A DNA stretch of 64,000 bases from Picochlorum sp. SENEW3 (lineage: Eukaryota): positions 186,001-250,000 of the forward strand of contig CP120456.1 in assembly GCA_034226945.1 (NCBI GenBank). Reading direction: 5' to 3'. The position numbers were made by a program, and so were the translations under genes. Shown in pieces: positions 22,653 to 34,457 of the stretch. The notes below the pieces were generated by a model, which made no database searches, was not told the DNA's origin, and worked only from the letters and a program-made list of their open reading frames with translations. Position 1 is the stretch's first letter, and every line of letters begins with the position of its first letter.

Positions 22653-23204
22653 TACTGTATATATATACACTAGGTAAAGAATTCAATAAATAGATGCATT
22701 TCATGCAATTACAGCCATGGGTCACAATTGGATCCAGCAACAGCACTCCTCGAATCCTCCCATTGTTGTAGGCCATTGATGGGTGCTCATTATGAGAGCG
22801 GTGCTCAGGGCGTGAGGTGTCCAATATTGGACCATTAATGGTCGGCTTCAGCTTTCAATGGCACTCAAGGGGGAGATTTCAAATTTATTCTGGAGCCAGA
22901 CAAACCTGTGCGCGTGCACAGGCTCAATTATTATGTTTTTATTGGTCCTGAACTATCGCAGTATAGGGTGGTGTTGTAGTCAACCGAACGGTACCAGTCG
23001 CGCCTTGTCTCTAGAGACATGTCTGTACAGATCTGGGGCGCCCGTACGCGTGGACGTGAGTAGCGTAATAAATTGCCGAATCAATGCCATGGGACGTAGA
23101 GGGTTGTACTCATTTGTACACTGTTCCTCTCAAATGTTTTTGAAATGAAATAGAGCCTTTGTCTTCTTACTAATCGATCTACATCAGTCAGCGTCATCAC
23201 AGAA

Positions 23205-25325
23205 ATGTCGTGTCTTTTTGGTCGCGTTGGGCCAAGTTGGTCAATACTATTGCTGTTGACACTGGGCTTCATGGTCGATATGTGTCGCTCGGTGGTCACA
23301 ATTGATATGGTAGATGTTAAAGAGCTTGGTAATGTGGCAGATACGACGGGTTTTGGCTCTGTCTCCTATCAGTTCTCCATATCAAAGTATCAAGTGACAA
23401 TAGGCCAATACTGCGAGTTTTTGAATGCCGTGGCGTCCATAGAGGACACATATGACGTATATACTAGTTCCATGGGAGAAAATTCAAATATTGCAGGTAT
23501 CAAGAGGGCGTTGACGAATGAAAGGTACTCTTACTCCATTGTGGATAACCAAGGTAATAGCTCAGCAAGGCCAGTCACCTACATTGACTGGTTTCGCGCC
23601 GCTCGCTTCGCTAATTGGATGTCAAATGGACAGCCGTCTGGTACTCTTCAGGACTCTACGTCGACTGAAAATGGAGCATATACTCTTGAAGGTGCAGTTG
23701 ACGGAAATGCAAAAGCATTGAATCCTGTGAACCCAAACACAAATGGTCCGCCAGCATTCTACATTGCCAGGGAGGATGAATGGTATAAAGCTGCGTATTA
23801 TGACCCCAGATCAAACAATGGACAAGGAGGATATTACAGTTTTGCGACGAGGAGTGACATAGCGCCTGGTAATGATATTGGATCATCCAGCAATCAGGCA
23901 AATTACATTACTCTTCCTGATGGTTTGCTCTCCACAACACAGTCTCCAAATTTTGACTCGAGTAATTATTTGACTGACGTTGGGGCTTTTACAGAAAGTT
24001 ACAGCTACTATGGCACTTTCGATCAAAATGGGAATGTGTGGGAATGGTGTGACGTGTCAGAAATCACTGGCTACAGGTTTTTCAGAGGTGGAGCATGGAC
24101 CTCGTATTCATCTTATCTCGCATCCTCCTATCGCTTAGGCGCTCTTACCCATGAATCTTCTTTCAACAGTGGATTTCGTCTTGCTAGTCAGCCAGGGGAT
24201 ATCGTCTTTCCTCCACTTGATTCAGAAAAGTCTCCAACACCAGGGCCAGAGGTACCCTCACCACCACCAACTCCGTCTCAAACTCCATCCCCAACTCCCC
24301 CCAATGAGCTGATTCGTATCGAAACGGTTCTTGTCGGAAATTCTGGAAATATTCCTGAACCACAAACGCTTTTTGGGTCTGTAGATTATGAATTCGAAAT
24401 TGGCAAGTACATGGTCACAATAGGTCAGTATTGTGCATTCTTGAATGCCGTCGCTAAAGATGATACATTCAATTTATACAACGACCGTATGGCATCTGAT
24501 CTGAATGTAGCGGGTATTGAAAGAACAGGTGCTGCTGGGAGTTTCTCGTACTCTGTCATAACCAATAATAATGGATCCAGCGAAAACAGGCCAATTGCAT
24601 ACGTCAGCTTTTTTGATGCAGCTCGATTTGCAAATTGGTTGTCAAATGGACAGCCAACAGGTGAACAAAACGATAGAACAACAGAATCTGGTGCATACCC
24701 ATTGTATGGCGCCATCGCAGGTGTTGTTCCATCTAGATCAACAGTCAACCCAAACACTGGAGAGCCACCAGCATTCTACATCCCACTGGAAAATGAATGG
24801 TATAAAGCTGGATTCTTTGATCCTGACATAAATGATGGATCAGGAGGTTATTGGTCCTACGCAACTCAGAGCAATGATGCTCCAGGAAATGTAGTTGGAT
24901 CCACAAAAAACCAGGTCAACTACATCGCCAACTCCCTGTACAGTGTCACCCAACAGGTACAATACGTTGCATCCCAAAATTACCTCACCGAAGTGGGTGC
25001 ATTTTCACAGTCCCAATCTTATTACAACACATTCGATCAAAATGGTAATCTTGGGGAATGGAATAATGCTGATGGATCTCCAAACAGCTCTCAGGGAACA
25101 CGAGGCAACTTCTGGGCCTCTGCCCTCAATGGGCTGCGCAGTTTTGCATATGTCAGTGCATCTCAAGAATCGAACGATTTGGGTTTTCGAGTCGCAAGGC
25201 CTGCGCCACGAGATACTACTACACCTTGTCCAAGTATCAGAATAGACCCCGGATGCACCTGCAGTAAACCGTTCTGGCATCCCAAAAGAGGATGCACTGC
25301 TGCTCGCCCAGCAATGAAAGAGTGA
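23205..25325 (+). CDS. Secreted protein with two tandem FGE-sulfatase (SUMF1/EgtB/PvdO, C-type-lectin fold) domains; intronless
   Basis: Hydrophobic N-terminus, then two copies of FGSV.Y.F.I.KY.VT.GQYC.FLNAVA...AARFANW.SNGQP...EWYKA...FDQNGN..EW...RG...GFR separated by a Pro/Ser/Thr linker. Confidence 0.88.
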   Translation: MSCLFGRVGPSWSILLLLTLGFMVDMCRSVVTIDMVDVKELGNVADTTGFGSVSYQFSISKYQVTIGQYCEFLNAVASIEDTYDVYTSSMGENSNIAGIKRALTNERYSYSIVDNQGNSSARPVTYIDWFRAARFANWMSNGQPSGTLQDSTSTENGAYTLEGAVDGNAKALNPVNPNTNGPPAFYIAREDEWYKAAYYDPRSNNGQGGYYSFATRSDIAPGNDIGSSSNQANYITLPDGLLSTTQSPNFDSSNYLTDVGAFTESYSYYGTFDQNGNVWEWCDVSEITGYRFFRGGAWTSYSSYLASSYRLGALTHESSFNSGFRLASQPGDIVFPPLDSEKSPTPGPEVPSPPPTPSQTPSPTPPNELIRIETVLVGNSGNIPEPQTLFGSVDYEFEIGKYMVTIGQYCAFLNAVAKDDTFNLYNDRMASDLNVAGIERTGAAGSFSYSVITNNNGSSENRPIAYVSFFDAARFANWLSNGQPTGEQNDRTTESGAYPLYGAIAGVVPSRSTVNPNTGEPPAFYIPLENEWYKAGFFDPDINDGSGGYWSYATQSNDAPGNVVGSTKNQVNYIANSLYSVTQQVQYVASQNYLTEVGAFSQSQSYYNTFDQNGNLGEWNNADGSPNSSQGTRGNFWASALNGLRSFAYVSASQESNDLGFRVARPAPRDTTTPCPSIRIDPGCTCSKPFWHPKRGCTAARPAMKE

Positions 25326-26039
25326 TGAATGCTACCCTGGCTTCATACATTATAATCGATGATCATCTTCTGTGCAGGTGGGTGCCATTTGATCAAAAGG
25401 TAAATTACCAAACGCGGCACAGGAGATTCATCATTGGGATTGATTGATTCTTCCTGGTTCCTCACCTCATGTAATGTACCATCATTGGCATCCCAATAGT
25501 GGACAAACGAACTGCGCACGAGTGCTGCTTATCATTTGAATACAGATAGAAACTCTCCATTTCGACCATTTTGTCTTGTAAAACAAGTATGTCTGAGGTC
25601 TGAAGCAGTTCTTCTCTGTACGCAAGTCAAGATTGGTCAATGAGCCTCCAATCCCATTTGTGATGGCATCTCGATGGTAACCATGGCTACTCCAGAACAC
25701 CATTATCGAACCCTGCATCAATATTCTAGGTATGGTTGGCAAATAAACTTGCGGAATTGGTTGGCATCACATGTAGAGTGCGTCATATTCGTTTCTTTGC
25801 TTTGCTTCCCATCGCTACCGACCATTGACCAGAGGTTAGGCATCTCACATCCGACAGGAAGGTCTCGAACCCATTAGCCCCGCCCGAAGGGGTTGCATCC
25901 GTGCTGCGTCATTACGCTTACGTGTACGGTATCAAGAACGACCGTCCACTCCGCCGAGAATATTCTGGTATCGAGCAAGAATTGGTAGTCTAATGTATAT
26001 TGATTTTATTCCGTATGATACGTTACAAGTTAAATTGAG

Positions 26040-27491
26040 ATGTCTCCAAAGAGAAGCAAGAGCAACAGTCCTGATATTGTAGAGAATAACGCTGTGGAAG
26101 CCAGCGCTCGGACAATGCTGGCCGAGGAACGCCGAGTTCACCCAAGAATCGATGAAGAAATCAATATTATTGATGAGGAGGTTGATCCGTTGCTGGTGCA
26201 ATCGCCATTCGAGCAGGAATCCGAGCAATTCCAGCCGTGGAGTGAGGCAGAGGACTCCCAGACCCCAGTTGCTGAGGCGGATGATACTACACATACAGAG
26301 CGAGTGCGCCTTCTCCAAGAATCTCGTGAAAGACAGCAGTTGGATTTTCAGGCTGGTGATCTGAGTGATGATTCTCTTGTTGTTGGGCCACGAGTTGGGG
26401 CTGGGTCATATGGACGTGTGTATCTGGGAGACCATCTGTCCTATGGGGAGGTTGCCGTGAAGATTGTGCATGCGCATGACTCGAAGGCGCTGACGAGTGT
26501 ACTGAGAGAGATATCTACGAGTATGACCATGGGAGAGCATCCGAATATCGCCACAATCTTTGAAACTCGCATTTGCCAGTGCCCAAGGTCATTCCATTTT
26601 CCTGTGGGTCGTGATGCATCTCCTGGAGCCTCACCCTCGATGCAAGAAGCCCCTTTGCGCAGACAAAGACAACAACCATGGGCAGGAAGCACGGACTCAC
26701 TATCCAGATATGTGGTTGACTGCATGAACACCGGGAACAGGATGCGCGTAACAGTATTCTCCAGGGACCCAGAGTCCAGCACAGAGTTGCAGCACTTCCT
26801 GTCATCTTTGGATGCGAGCAGGGCTGGCGATACTGATGACCTCTACTTTGCCATCATCAGCGAGTTTTGCAATGGAGGCACCCTGTACGAGATGTTGAGA
26901 AAGGGAGATTTACAACACAATGATGTGGAGGCAAAATATGCATACCTGAAAGCCATTGTACTTGGTGCTGCATATGGCGTGCAGCACATGCACCACAATG
27001 ATATGGTCCATAGGGACCTATCCAATACGAATATCATGCTTCATTACACGAGGTTTCCTGAGGACGGCAGGCCTGATGCAGAGTCTTTGACTGCAAAGCT
27101 GATTGACTTTGGCCGTGCATCAATGAATGCTGTGAAGACCATGCAGACCAACTCCCTCAGTACTGTGTCGTACTCTGCTCCCGAGTTTATGATGCGTGGC
27201 GACTCAAGCAAAGCCTCTGACATATTTTCTTTGGGAGTTCTGATGTGGGAGGTGTGGACAGGGTGCTGTGCATGGGCAGGCGCCCGTGATGTTCAAGTGG
27301 TGTATGCAGTGACGAGCGGGAAGACGTTGGATATTCCCGAGGATGTTCCCTGCGATCTCATGTTGTTGATGAAATCATGCATGTCATTTGATGCAAATGA
27401 ACGGCCAGAGATTGATGAGGTGGTGCAACAACTTGAAAGCATGACTGATTTGAAAAATCCAGACACCACAGACTCACCATCTGACCAGTAG
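26040..27491 (+). CDS. Protein kinase, TKL/Raf-like with long insert
   Basis: GAGSYGRV, VAVK, HRDLS, DFG, APE, SDIFSLG..MWE, RP motifs; intronless. Confidence 0.88.
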   Translation: MSPKRSKSNSPDIVENNAVEASARTMLAEERRVHPRIDEEINIIDEEVDPLLVQSPFEQESEQFQPWSEAEDSQTPVAEADDTTHTERVRLLQESRERQQLDFQAGDLSDDSLVVGPRVGAGSYGRVYLGDHLSYGEVAVKIVHAHDSKALTSVLREISTSMTMGEHPNIATIFETRICQCPRSFHFPVGRDASPGASPSMQEAPLRRQRQQPWAGSTDSLSRYVVDCMNTGNRMRVTVFSRDPESSTELQHFLSSLDASRAGDTDDLYFAIISEFCNGGTLYEMLRKGDLQHNDVEAKYAYLKAIVLGAAYGVQHMHHNDMVHRDLSNTNIMLHYTRFPEDGRPDAESLTAKLIDFGRASMNAVKTMQTNSLSTVSYSAPEFMMRGDSSKASDIFSLGVLMWEVWTGCCAWAGARDVQVVYAVTSGKTLDIPEDVPCDLMLLMKSCMSFDANERPEIDEVVQQLESMTDLKNPDTTDSPSDQ

Positions 27492-27957
27492 TACCATACC
27501 GTGACAGAATTTTCATTCCCTCTTCCTACTTGAGAGGGATTTCATTATTGTTATAGTCCTTACATAGGACAGATTGCCTTTTCTTCTTGAGTGGCAAATA
27601 TTCTAGCACTTTCTTACAACCACTGCTATGAGCTTGAAGTCTATGCGATGTCTAACCATGACGAGAACATTTACATTTATTTTGACTGTAATACAGCTAC
27701 TGTTTCACGCGTCAATCGAGCCGTTCATTACGATATGATTCCCTACATGCATGACTCGCTGCCACAGTCTGATCAGACTCATGGCATGAGTGGCATAGGT
27801 ACTTTTCCCCTTGAAGAGTCATGAAGCGCCCACACTCGATGTACCCAGATCTTCCCAACGGGTCTCATACTCGCATTAAATTCATACATTATACCATAAT
27901 TTCGCTAGAAAAAGACTCGTGAGGGGAGAATCCGCTGCAAGAACACAGACAACCACC

Positions 27958-29740
27958 ATGCTGTCTTCTGTTCAGCTTGTTCCTCAGAAAACAGGTTTTC
28001 TGAAAAATACTCGCCAATCATGTCCACAGATATCAGCATCACGCAATAATACATTACATACAGGATGCTCCAAGGGAATTCGCACGCACACTGGGCTCGT
28101 GCGTGGAGGACGATCTCTGCAGAATTCAATTATTTCTGCAGCATCAGCTGCAGGAGCGCCAGTGGCATCTCAGATTGATGAAAATAGTGTTTTAGATGCA
28201 GTGATTGTTGGAGGTGGCATCTCTGGTCTCACAACTGCGTTGGTACGTTGCGATAAGGTTTGGATAGAGCACTGACGTTTAGGACCTTTTTGTGGTCTCA
28301 GGGCACATTCTGATTTCATGTTATACCTGAATGCAGGCATTGAATGCGGAACACAAGTCTGAAGTTGGCTCTTTCCTCGTGACAGAAGCAAGAGACAGGG
28401 TTGGAGGAAATATCACTTCCATGAGTGATGAGTCAAAGGGTTTGCTTTGGGAGGAGGGTCCAAACAGTTTCCAGCCAAGTGATGCGGTATTGAAAGCAGC
28501 AGTAGATGCTGGATGTGTGGATGATCTTGTCTTGGGAGACCCCAAAGCTCCTAGATTTGTGTACTGGGAAGGGCGCCTGAGGCCAACTCCCTCTGGACCT
28601 GATGTCGTCACCTTTGATTTGATGTCTCTTTTCGGCAAGATTAGAGCTGGATTGGGTGCACTCGGCATTAAATCACCAATGCCAGAGTATGAAGAGAGTG
28701 TTGAACAATTTGTGCGCAGAAATTTGGGGGATGAGGTGTTTTACAGGTTGATTGAGCCATTCTGTTCTGGTGTGTATGCTGGAGATCCAACAAAACTATC
28801 CATGAAGGCTGCTTTCGGGAAAGTGTATGATCTCGAAGAAAAGGGAGGATCAATCATTGGAGGGGTGATCAAGCTCATTCAGGATAAGAAGGCAAACCCA
28901 CCACCAGAGAGAGACTCCCGCCTGCCTCCAAAGCCTCAGGGACAAACGGTTGGATCTTTCAGAAAAGGACTGCAAATGCTCCCAAATGCTATTGCAGAGA
29001 AAGTGAAGGAGAGCATTCGCACGTCTTGGAAGTTGACAGCGATTACCAAGAACAAGGACAGTGGGATCTTTGAGTTGTCATATGAAACACCAGAGGGACC
29101 TAAACTGATAAAGTCCAAAACAGTTGCTCTGACAGTCCCATCCTACGTTGCTGCGGATCTCTTCAAGGAAGATATTCCAGAAACCTCAAAAGCTTTGAAC
29201 AGCTTTGATTATCCACCTGTGGCTGCAGTGACAATCACATACCCAGAAAGTGCCATCCTGGAGGACAGGCTCGATGAGAATGGTAATCTGCCAGGATTTG
29301 GACAGCTTCATCCAAGAACTCAAGGGATTACGACATTAGGAACAATCTACAGCAGCTCTCTCTTCCCAGGAAGAGTTGGAAAAGGTGATGTGCTCCTGCT
29401 CTGTTACTTTGGAGGAGCTTTGAACCGCAAGGTGACAGAGATGACGGACGAAGAAATTATCGCTCAAGTAGATGTTGATCTGAAGAATATGCTGATCAAG
29501 CAGAATGCTCCTCCTCCCACAAAAGTGGCAGTCAGAGTATGGCAGAGAGCCATTCCACAGTTCAATATTGGCCACTTGGAGCAGGTGGAAGCCGCTGAAG
29601 ATGGAATCTCTCAAAAAGGTTGGGACGGTCTCTTCCTAGGAGGTAACTATGTATCCGGTGTGGCTCTTGGCAAGTGCATCGAGTATGGATACACGTTTGC
29701 TGACAAAATTGCTGCCTCCATGACTGCCAGCAAGCCATGA
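27958..29740 (+). CDS. PPOX: Protoporphyrinogen oxidase, plastid (HemY type), 2 exons
   Basis: Transit peptide, VGGGISGL, WEEGPNSFQP, GVYAGDP, GFGQLHPR, GNYVSGVALG; intron 28243-28336. Confidence 0.96.
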
Positions 29741-29843
29741 GAATATGCATGTTTACTAGGGTAAAGATACAGAAAGCCATTTATTAGTTTATATTTAATT
29801 CATATATTCGATTTAGAGTCCGTAACTCGTATAATATTGCAAC

Positions 29844-31489
29844 ATGTCTGTTGAAGAGTGGCAACTGTCTGCTGAACAGCGTGCAGACACCATTGCTCGT
29901 ATTAAAGCCAGTATGGCGACCATGTACTTTTTCCAAAATGGCAATGATGCTCAAAATCAGGATCTGGGGGCAATGGCGGCGATGATTGAGAAGAAGGCAT
30001 ATACGGTTGCTCAAGTTGAGGCAAAAACGACGACTGGCGTGCGTCCTCATCACGAGACGCTCAAGGTAGGGACTGATTCGTTTTATAATTGTTTCATATA
30101 GTGGCAGCGGTGAGCATTCTCTCTAATCTCTTTGTGCAGGCGTATGTGAGAAAACTGAGTTCCTTGGTGTTGGAAGCCGTGTCTGGAAAACTGGAGTTAC
30201 AAAGTACTCAGCAGGGAGATGCCATGGATGTGGATTCCATTGATCTGACTGGGTCCAGGGAGTTTTTGACGACAGAGACGGCAGAGGAGGCTCTTGCTCC
30301 AATGTTGCAGGATGGTGCGAGTGTTTCAAGAATCAAATTTAGTACAAAGAGTTTTGGCATAGATGCCGCTCATGTCGCCGCTCGAGCGATTAGAAATGTA
30401 TCTTCAACATTAAAGCATGCTGATTTGTCTGATATTATAGCTGGAAGGCCTGAGGAGGAGGCATTGAAGGCTTTAGAGATTATCAGCGAGGCATTGGCAG
30501 AAGCAGAGTTGGACAGTTTGGACTTGTCTGATAATGCTCTGGGAGAGAAGGGCATTCGGGCCTGTGCAGCTGTGATTCAAAAGCAGAAGAATTTAAAGCA
30601 TATTGCGTTCCAAAATGTTGGTTGCTCCGAGTTTGGCTGTGCAGCGGTAAATGAACTTTTGGTGCACTGCGGCAACCTCAGATCGATCCATCTGCTGAAT
30701 AATATGAGCGGGGATTCCGGGGCAATGTCCATAGCGAAGATTATTGAAAGGTGTCCACTGTTGGAAGATTTCAAGATGGCGTCAAGTAGAGTTGGTGAGG
30801 AAGGTGGTAAGGCTATTGCTGATGCTCTTGCAGTGTGTGGGCATGCCATGGTGAGGATTGATCTTCATGACAACCCGCTGACGGATGAGTCGGCTGAGTC
30901 GCTGGCCAAGGCAATCAAATCTCACCCATGTTTGAAAGCGCTTAATTTGAATGACATTGCCATGGAAGATCCTGGAATTCAAATCATTGCTGAGAGTCTC
31001 TGCGCAGTCAGCAAGACTATAGAGCATCTTGAGTTGGAACTCAATTCGATCACGGTTGAAGCAGCTCGTGATCTTGCTGCTGCCATTCATCAAATGGAAA
31101 ATTTAAAGGTTTTGAATGTCAAGGAGAATGAGCTGGAAGATGATGGAGCTTTGGAAATAGCCAAATCTCTCCTTGGTCTGAAGAAGTTGGAGGTGGTTGA
31201 TATGCGTACCAATCAGATTGGAAGAGGAGGGGCCGTTGCCCTTGCCAAAGCATGTGTAACCATTCCGTCAGTGAAGGAACTGTTGTTGGATGACAATGAG
31301 ATATCAGAAGCTGGAGTGGATGCCCTTGTGGAGGTGTTGAAGAAGGGTAAGAAGGAAGATATTCTGGGTTCTCTCGAAGACAATCTAGCAGATGAAGACG
31401 ATGAGGGCGGTAGTAATGAAGAGGGCCACGAAACTTTGGATAAAGCCGTCGATGATATTGTGGCAGCCCTCCAGAGTGAGCACTTGTGA
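29844..31489 (+). CDS. RANGAP: Ran GTPase-activating protein (WPP-like domain + LRR + acidic tail), 2 exons
   Basis: DLSDIIAGRPEEEAL, LSDNALGEKG, LRRs and acidic C-terminus; intron 30066-30139. Confidence 0.92.
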
Positions 31490-31590
31490 GACAAGATTCC
31501 CAAGTTTTGATGTACAGGTACTTGATGTAAGTCAAACTCTGCGTCCCTGTAAACCTGGATTCAATCCAATCATGAATATTTATATTTAAA

Positions 31591-34449
31591 ATGGTTTTGG
31601 TAGAAACGCACATTCCCAGAAGTGCGCGCATACTTCTAGTCTGTCTGCTTGTGTCGGTAGCTTGTATGCCGCGTGCTGTTGGACAAGAATGCGAATATGA
31701 GTCATTTCTAGACGCCATTCCAGGAGATATATTTGGAGACACGTCTATATTTAAAACAGCGATAAAAATATCAGGGTATCAGGTGCGTTTACCGCAATTT
31801 CGAGGAACGCGCTTTGAAGATACAGTCATACTGTGTACGCGTTCCTTGCAACGCCAGGTTTGGGCTCCGACATTTTGTAGGCATGTTCTTGAGGATATTC
31901 CAGACACTCTGGCCGAAAGAATGGATCTTTTTATGCTTCAAGATTACTTAATGCTTTTCTCGGGGTAGAAAGGCAGATTGACATCATGTTGCCTGTAACT
32001 AACCTTTCCTTTCTCTTCTTGGGCGCAGGACAAATTGCCCAGCCCAAAGTCAGATGTTTCAATCACGCTACTTGTTCCTACAAACGGAGCATGGCTTAGA
32101 ATGCTTTGGGATAATGGACTCTTTATACCAATCATTAGCAAGGTCGGGGACGCTTTGCCTGCCACAGTCTTGTACAACACGATGCTTGGGACTGTTTCCC
32201 CAGATCAGATACAGCAGTTTTCAAAAGAAAACCCGGGCTCATCTCCGTCCATCTATGGGCTCTTATCTGGTAATCCGGGATATAATATTCAGTATTGGTC
32301 GGCGGAGAAGGATGATAAGACAGCATACTACTTTTCTCCAGAAGGAACACTAAATGATGGTGTTGCTGAGACGTTTAGACCTGTGCAAGTCTGCAATAGC
32401 TGGATTTACTTCACAAACAAAGTACTGATTCCAACGCAAAATGGAAAGTTAGGTGATGTAGAGAAAGTGTCGATTCCCGAGAATTTACCATGGGAACAAG
32501 GCTCCTCTAGCCCCGAGCAAGACCCAGCTCCAGCTGCTGCAGCACCTGCTGCGGAGGAATCGGAAATTCCTGCAATCTTGCCTCCTCGCGCTGCAGCACC
32601 TCTTCCTGATGAGATTATAATACCTATTATTCTGCCTGCAGCCGCACCTGCTCAAAATAAGGATGTTTGCTTGGTACCAGACCCTGACTTGATCGCAGGA
32701 CCTCCTCAGGCAGTTGCACCAGCTCCTGAAATAGTTACAGCGGAAGCACCTCTTGCGGGGGCACCTGCTGTAGAGGTACCTTCAGTAGAAGTACCTATTG
32801 AACAGCCCGCGGATTGCAATACCACATTTGCTGACGAGGCACGTAAAGCTGGATTAGGAATCCTGGCCACTGCTCTTTCCCAAGAATCTATAAAGAATCA
32901 GCTGCCAGATCCTTCTGAGTCAAACACATTGTTTGCCCCCGTCGACAATGCATTTTTCACCATGCTTACTGATCTGGGCATTTCCATAACGGATGCCCTT
33001 GCATTGGGAGATAAATTGGCTGGAGTCATTCTCTACCATGTACATCCAGATGAGGCACTTTCGCTGGACCAAGTTCGAGAGCGACAGACACTGACTACTG
33101 AACTTGGCTTTAGATTGAATGAACCAGATAAGTATGTGATTGGAGTCCAGAGTGATCAGGATTCAACGAAGCTTACCAGTCTGAGACCTGGTGATATTGC
33201 CACAATTACACAGGAACTGCAGGTCTGTAGCACCTCCATTCTAGTTATTGACAAAGTACTTTTACCGGCAGAGAATGTGAACAGTCTTCCAGATCCAAGA
33301 CAGGCGCCTGTTGTCACGAATAGACAACTTGAAGTCCCCCAACCAGAACTCATATCTGTAGACTCACCAAGAGCAATACTGGATGGAGGGATAGCATTTG
33401 CCACTGGTCCTCTTCAAGGTTGTTCAATTACACTGGAGGCAGAAGGTACTACGCTAACAGCAACAACAGATACCGATGGTAGATTTACTTTTGAGGGAAT
33501 TCCCGAATGTGCCATAGAGACTGGGATCATTGTCCTTCCCAAAGCTGAGGGTCAGCAGGAATCATGTATCGACTCTGCCACACGGCTTCCTCCACCATAT
33601 GCTCTCGTTGGAGACTTGTACAATCTGATGAATAATCTGACATCGAAGCCGAGTGTAGCTAATCCTTTGAACCTGAGCCCTCTGAGTACACTGTTGAGCT
33701 CTGCAACATTAGGTTCGAGTTCCACGAATGGGGTGTCCCACGTAACCGATGAGATTGCAGGCTTACTAGGACTGAAGTCGCAAGAAGAGGCTGTCATGTC
33801 GCCAGAGCGCTCGTCCAACATGAATTTACTCTCAGCAAACTCACAATCTCTGGTGACAAGCTTGTTGGGAGGAACAACATTGAAGGCTTTCTTGGCAAAC
33901 ATTGTCAATCTTGAGGAAGGGGTTCTAGCTATTGACAACGTGATTGCTAGTAAATTACAAGATAAGATTAACCTATCTGACCCATCTCAAGTGCAGAGTA
34001 TTATACAAGAGGCCATTGAGCTTGTGAGCAATGGACCAGCCTTGTCCAGCAGGAAATTGAGACAAGACACCATTCCTCCAGAGTATTTGTCGGCAATCTC
34101 TCAATCAATTGCGGAGGTCAATCGCATATCAAAGTTTGTTATATACGATAATTCGATGCCGGCGGACAGGAGGGACGAGATTCTCTCAAACTGTACAGCA
34201 GTTTCTCAGACTAGTATTGCTCCAGCCATTGAACAATTGGGGGCTGGAGAACTCTCTCTTAGCGACTTTCAATCCAACTTCAACCCATCATCAATCGCTT
34301 CAATGATTGGATATATCAATGTGCCATCTCCTTCACCAGAACTTGCAGCTCCAACAACCGAACCAGCGACAGTGGTTGCCCAGCAGAGTGACGCTATTCC
34401 AATGATTCCAATCCTCACGTTTATTTTTATGCAGTATTATATCATGTAA
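31591..34449 (+). CDS. Secreted fasciclin (FAS1 x2) surface protein with Pro/Ala-rich linker and hydrophobic C-tail, 2 exons
   Basis: Signal peptide; TLLVPTNGAW / TLFAPVDNAF, LYHV and IDKVLLP FAS1 motifs; intron 31783-32028. Confidence 0.82.
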
Positions 34450-34457
34450 ATAATCAT

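Noticed and set aside
22870..22925. Spliceosomal snRNA (Sm-like AATTTATTCTGG plus hairpin)
   Set aside because: No U1/U2/U4/U5 signature sequences upstream, and the Sm site is imperfect.
25850..25895. RNase P/MRP RNA, tRNA or telomerase RNA (GGAAGGTCT, CGGGGCTAAT and GGTTCGA motifs)
   Set aside because: The partner P4 strands are missing, there is no cloverleaf, and no convincing telomere template was found. Kept only as a generic candidate.
23205..25950. Diversity-generating retroelement targeting the FGE-fold domains
   Set aside because: No reverse transcriptase in the window, and no near-identical template repeat differing only at adenines. The two domains are diverged throughout.
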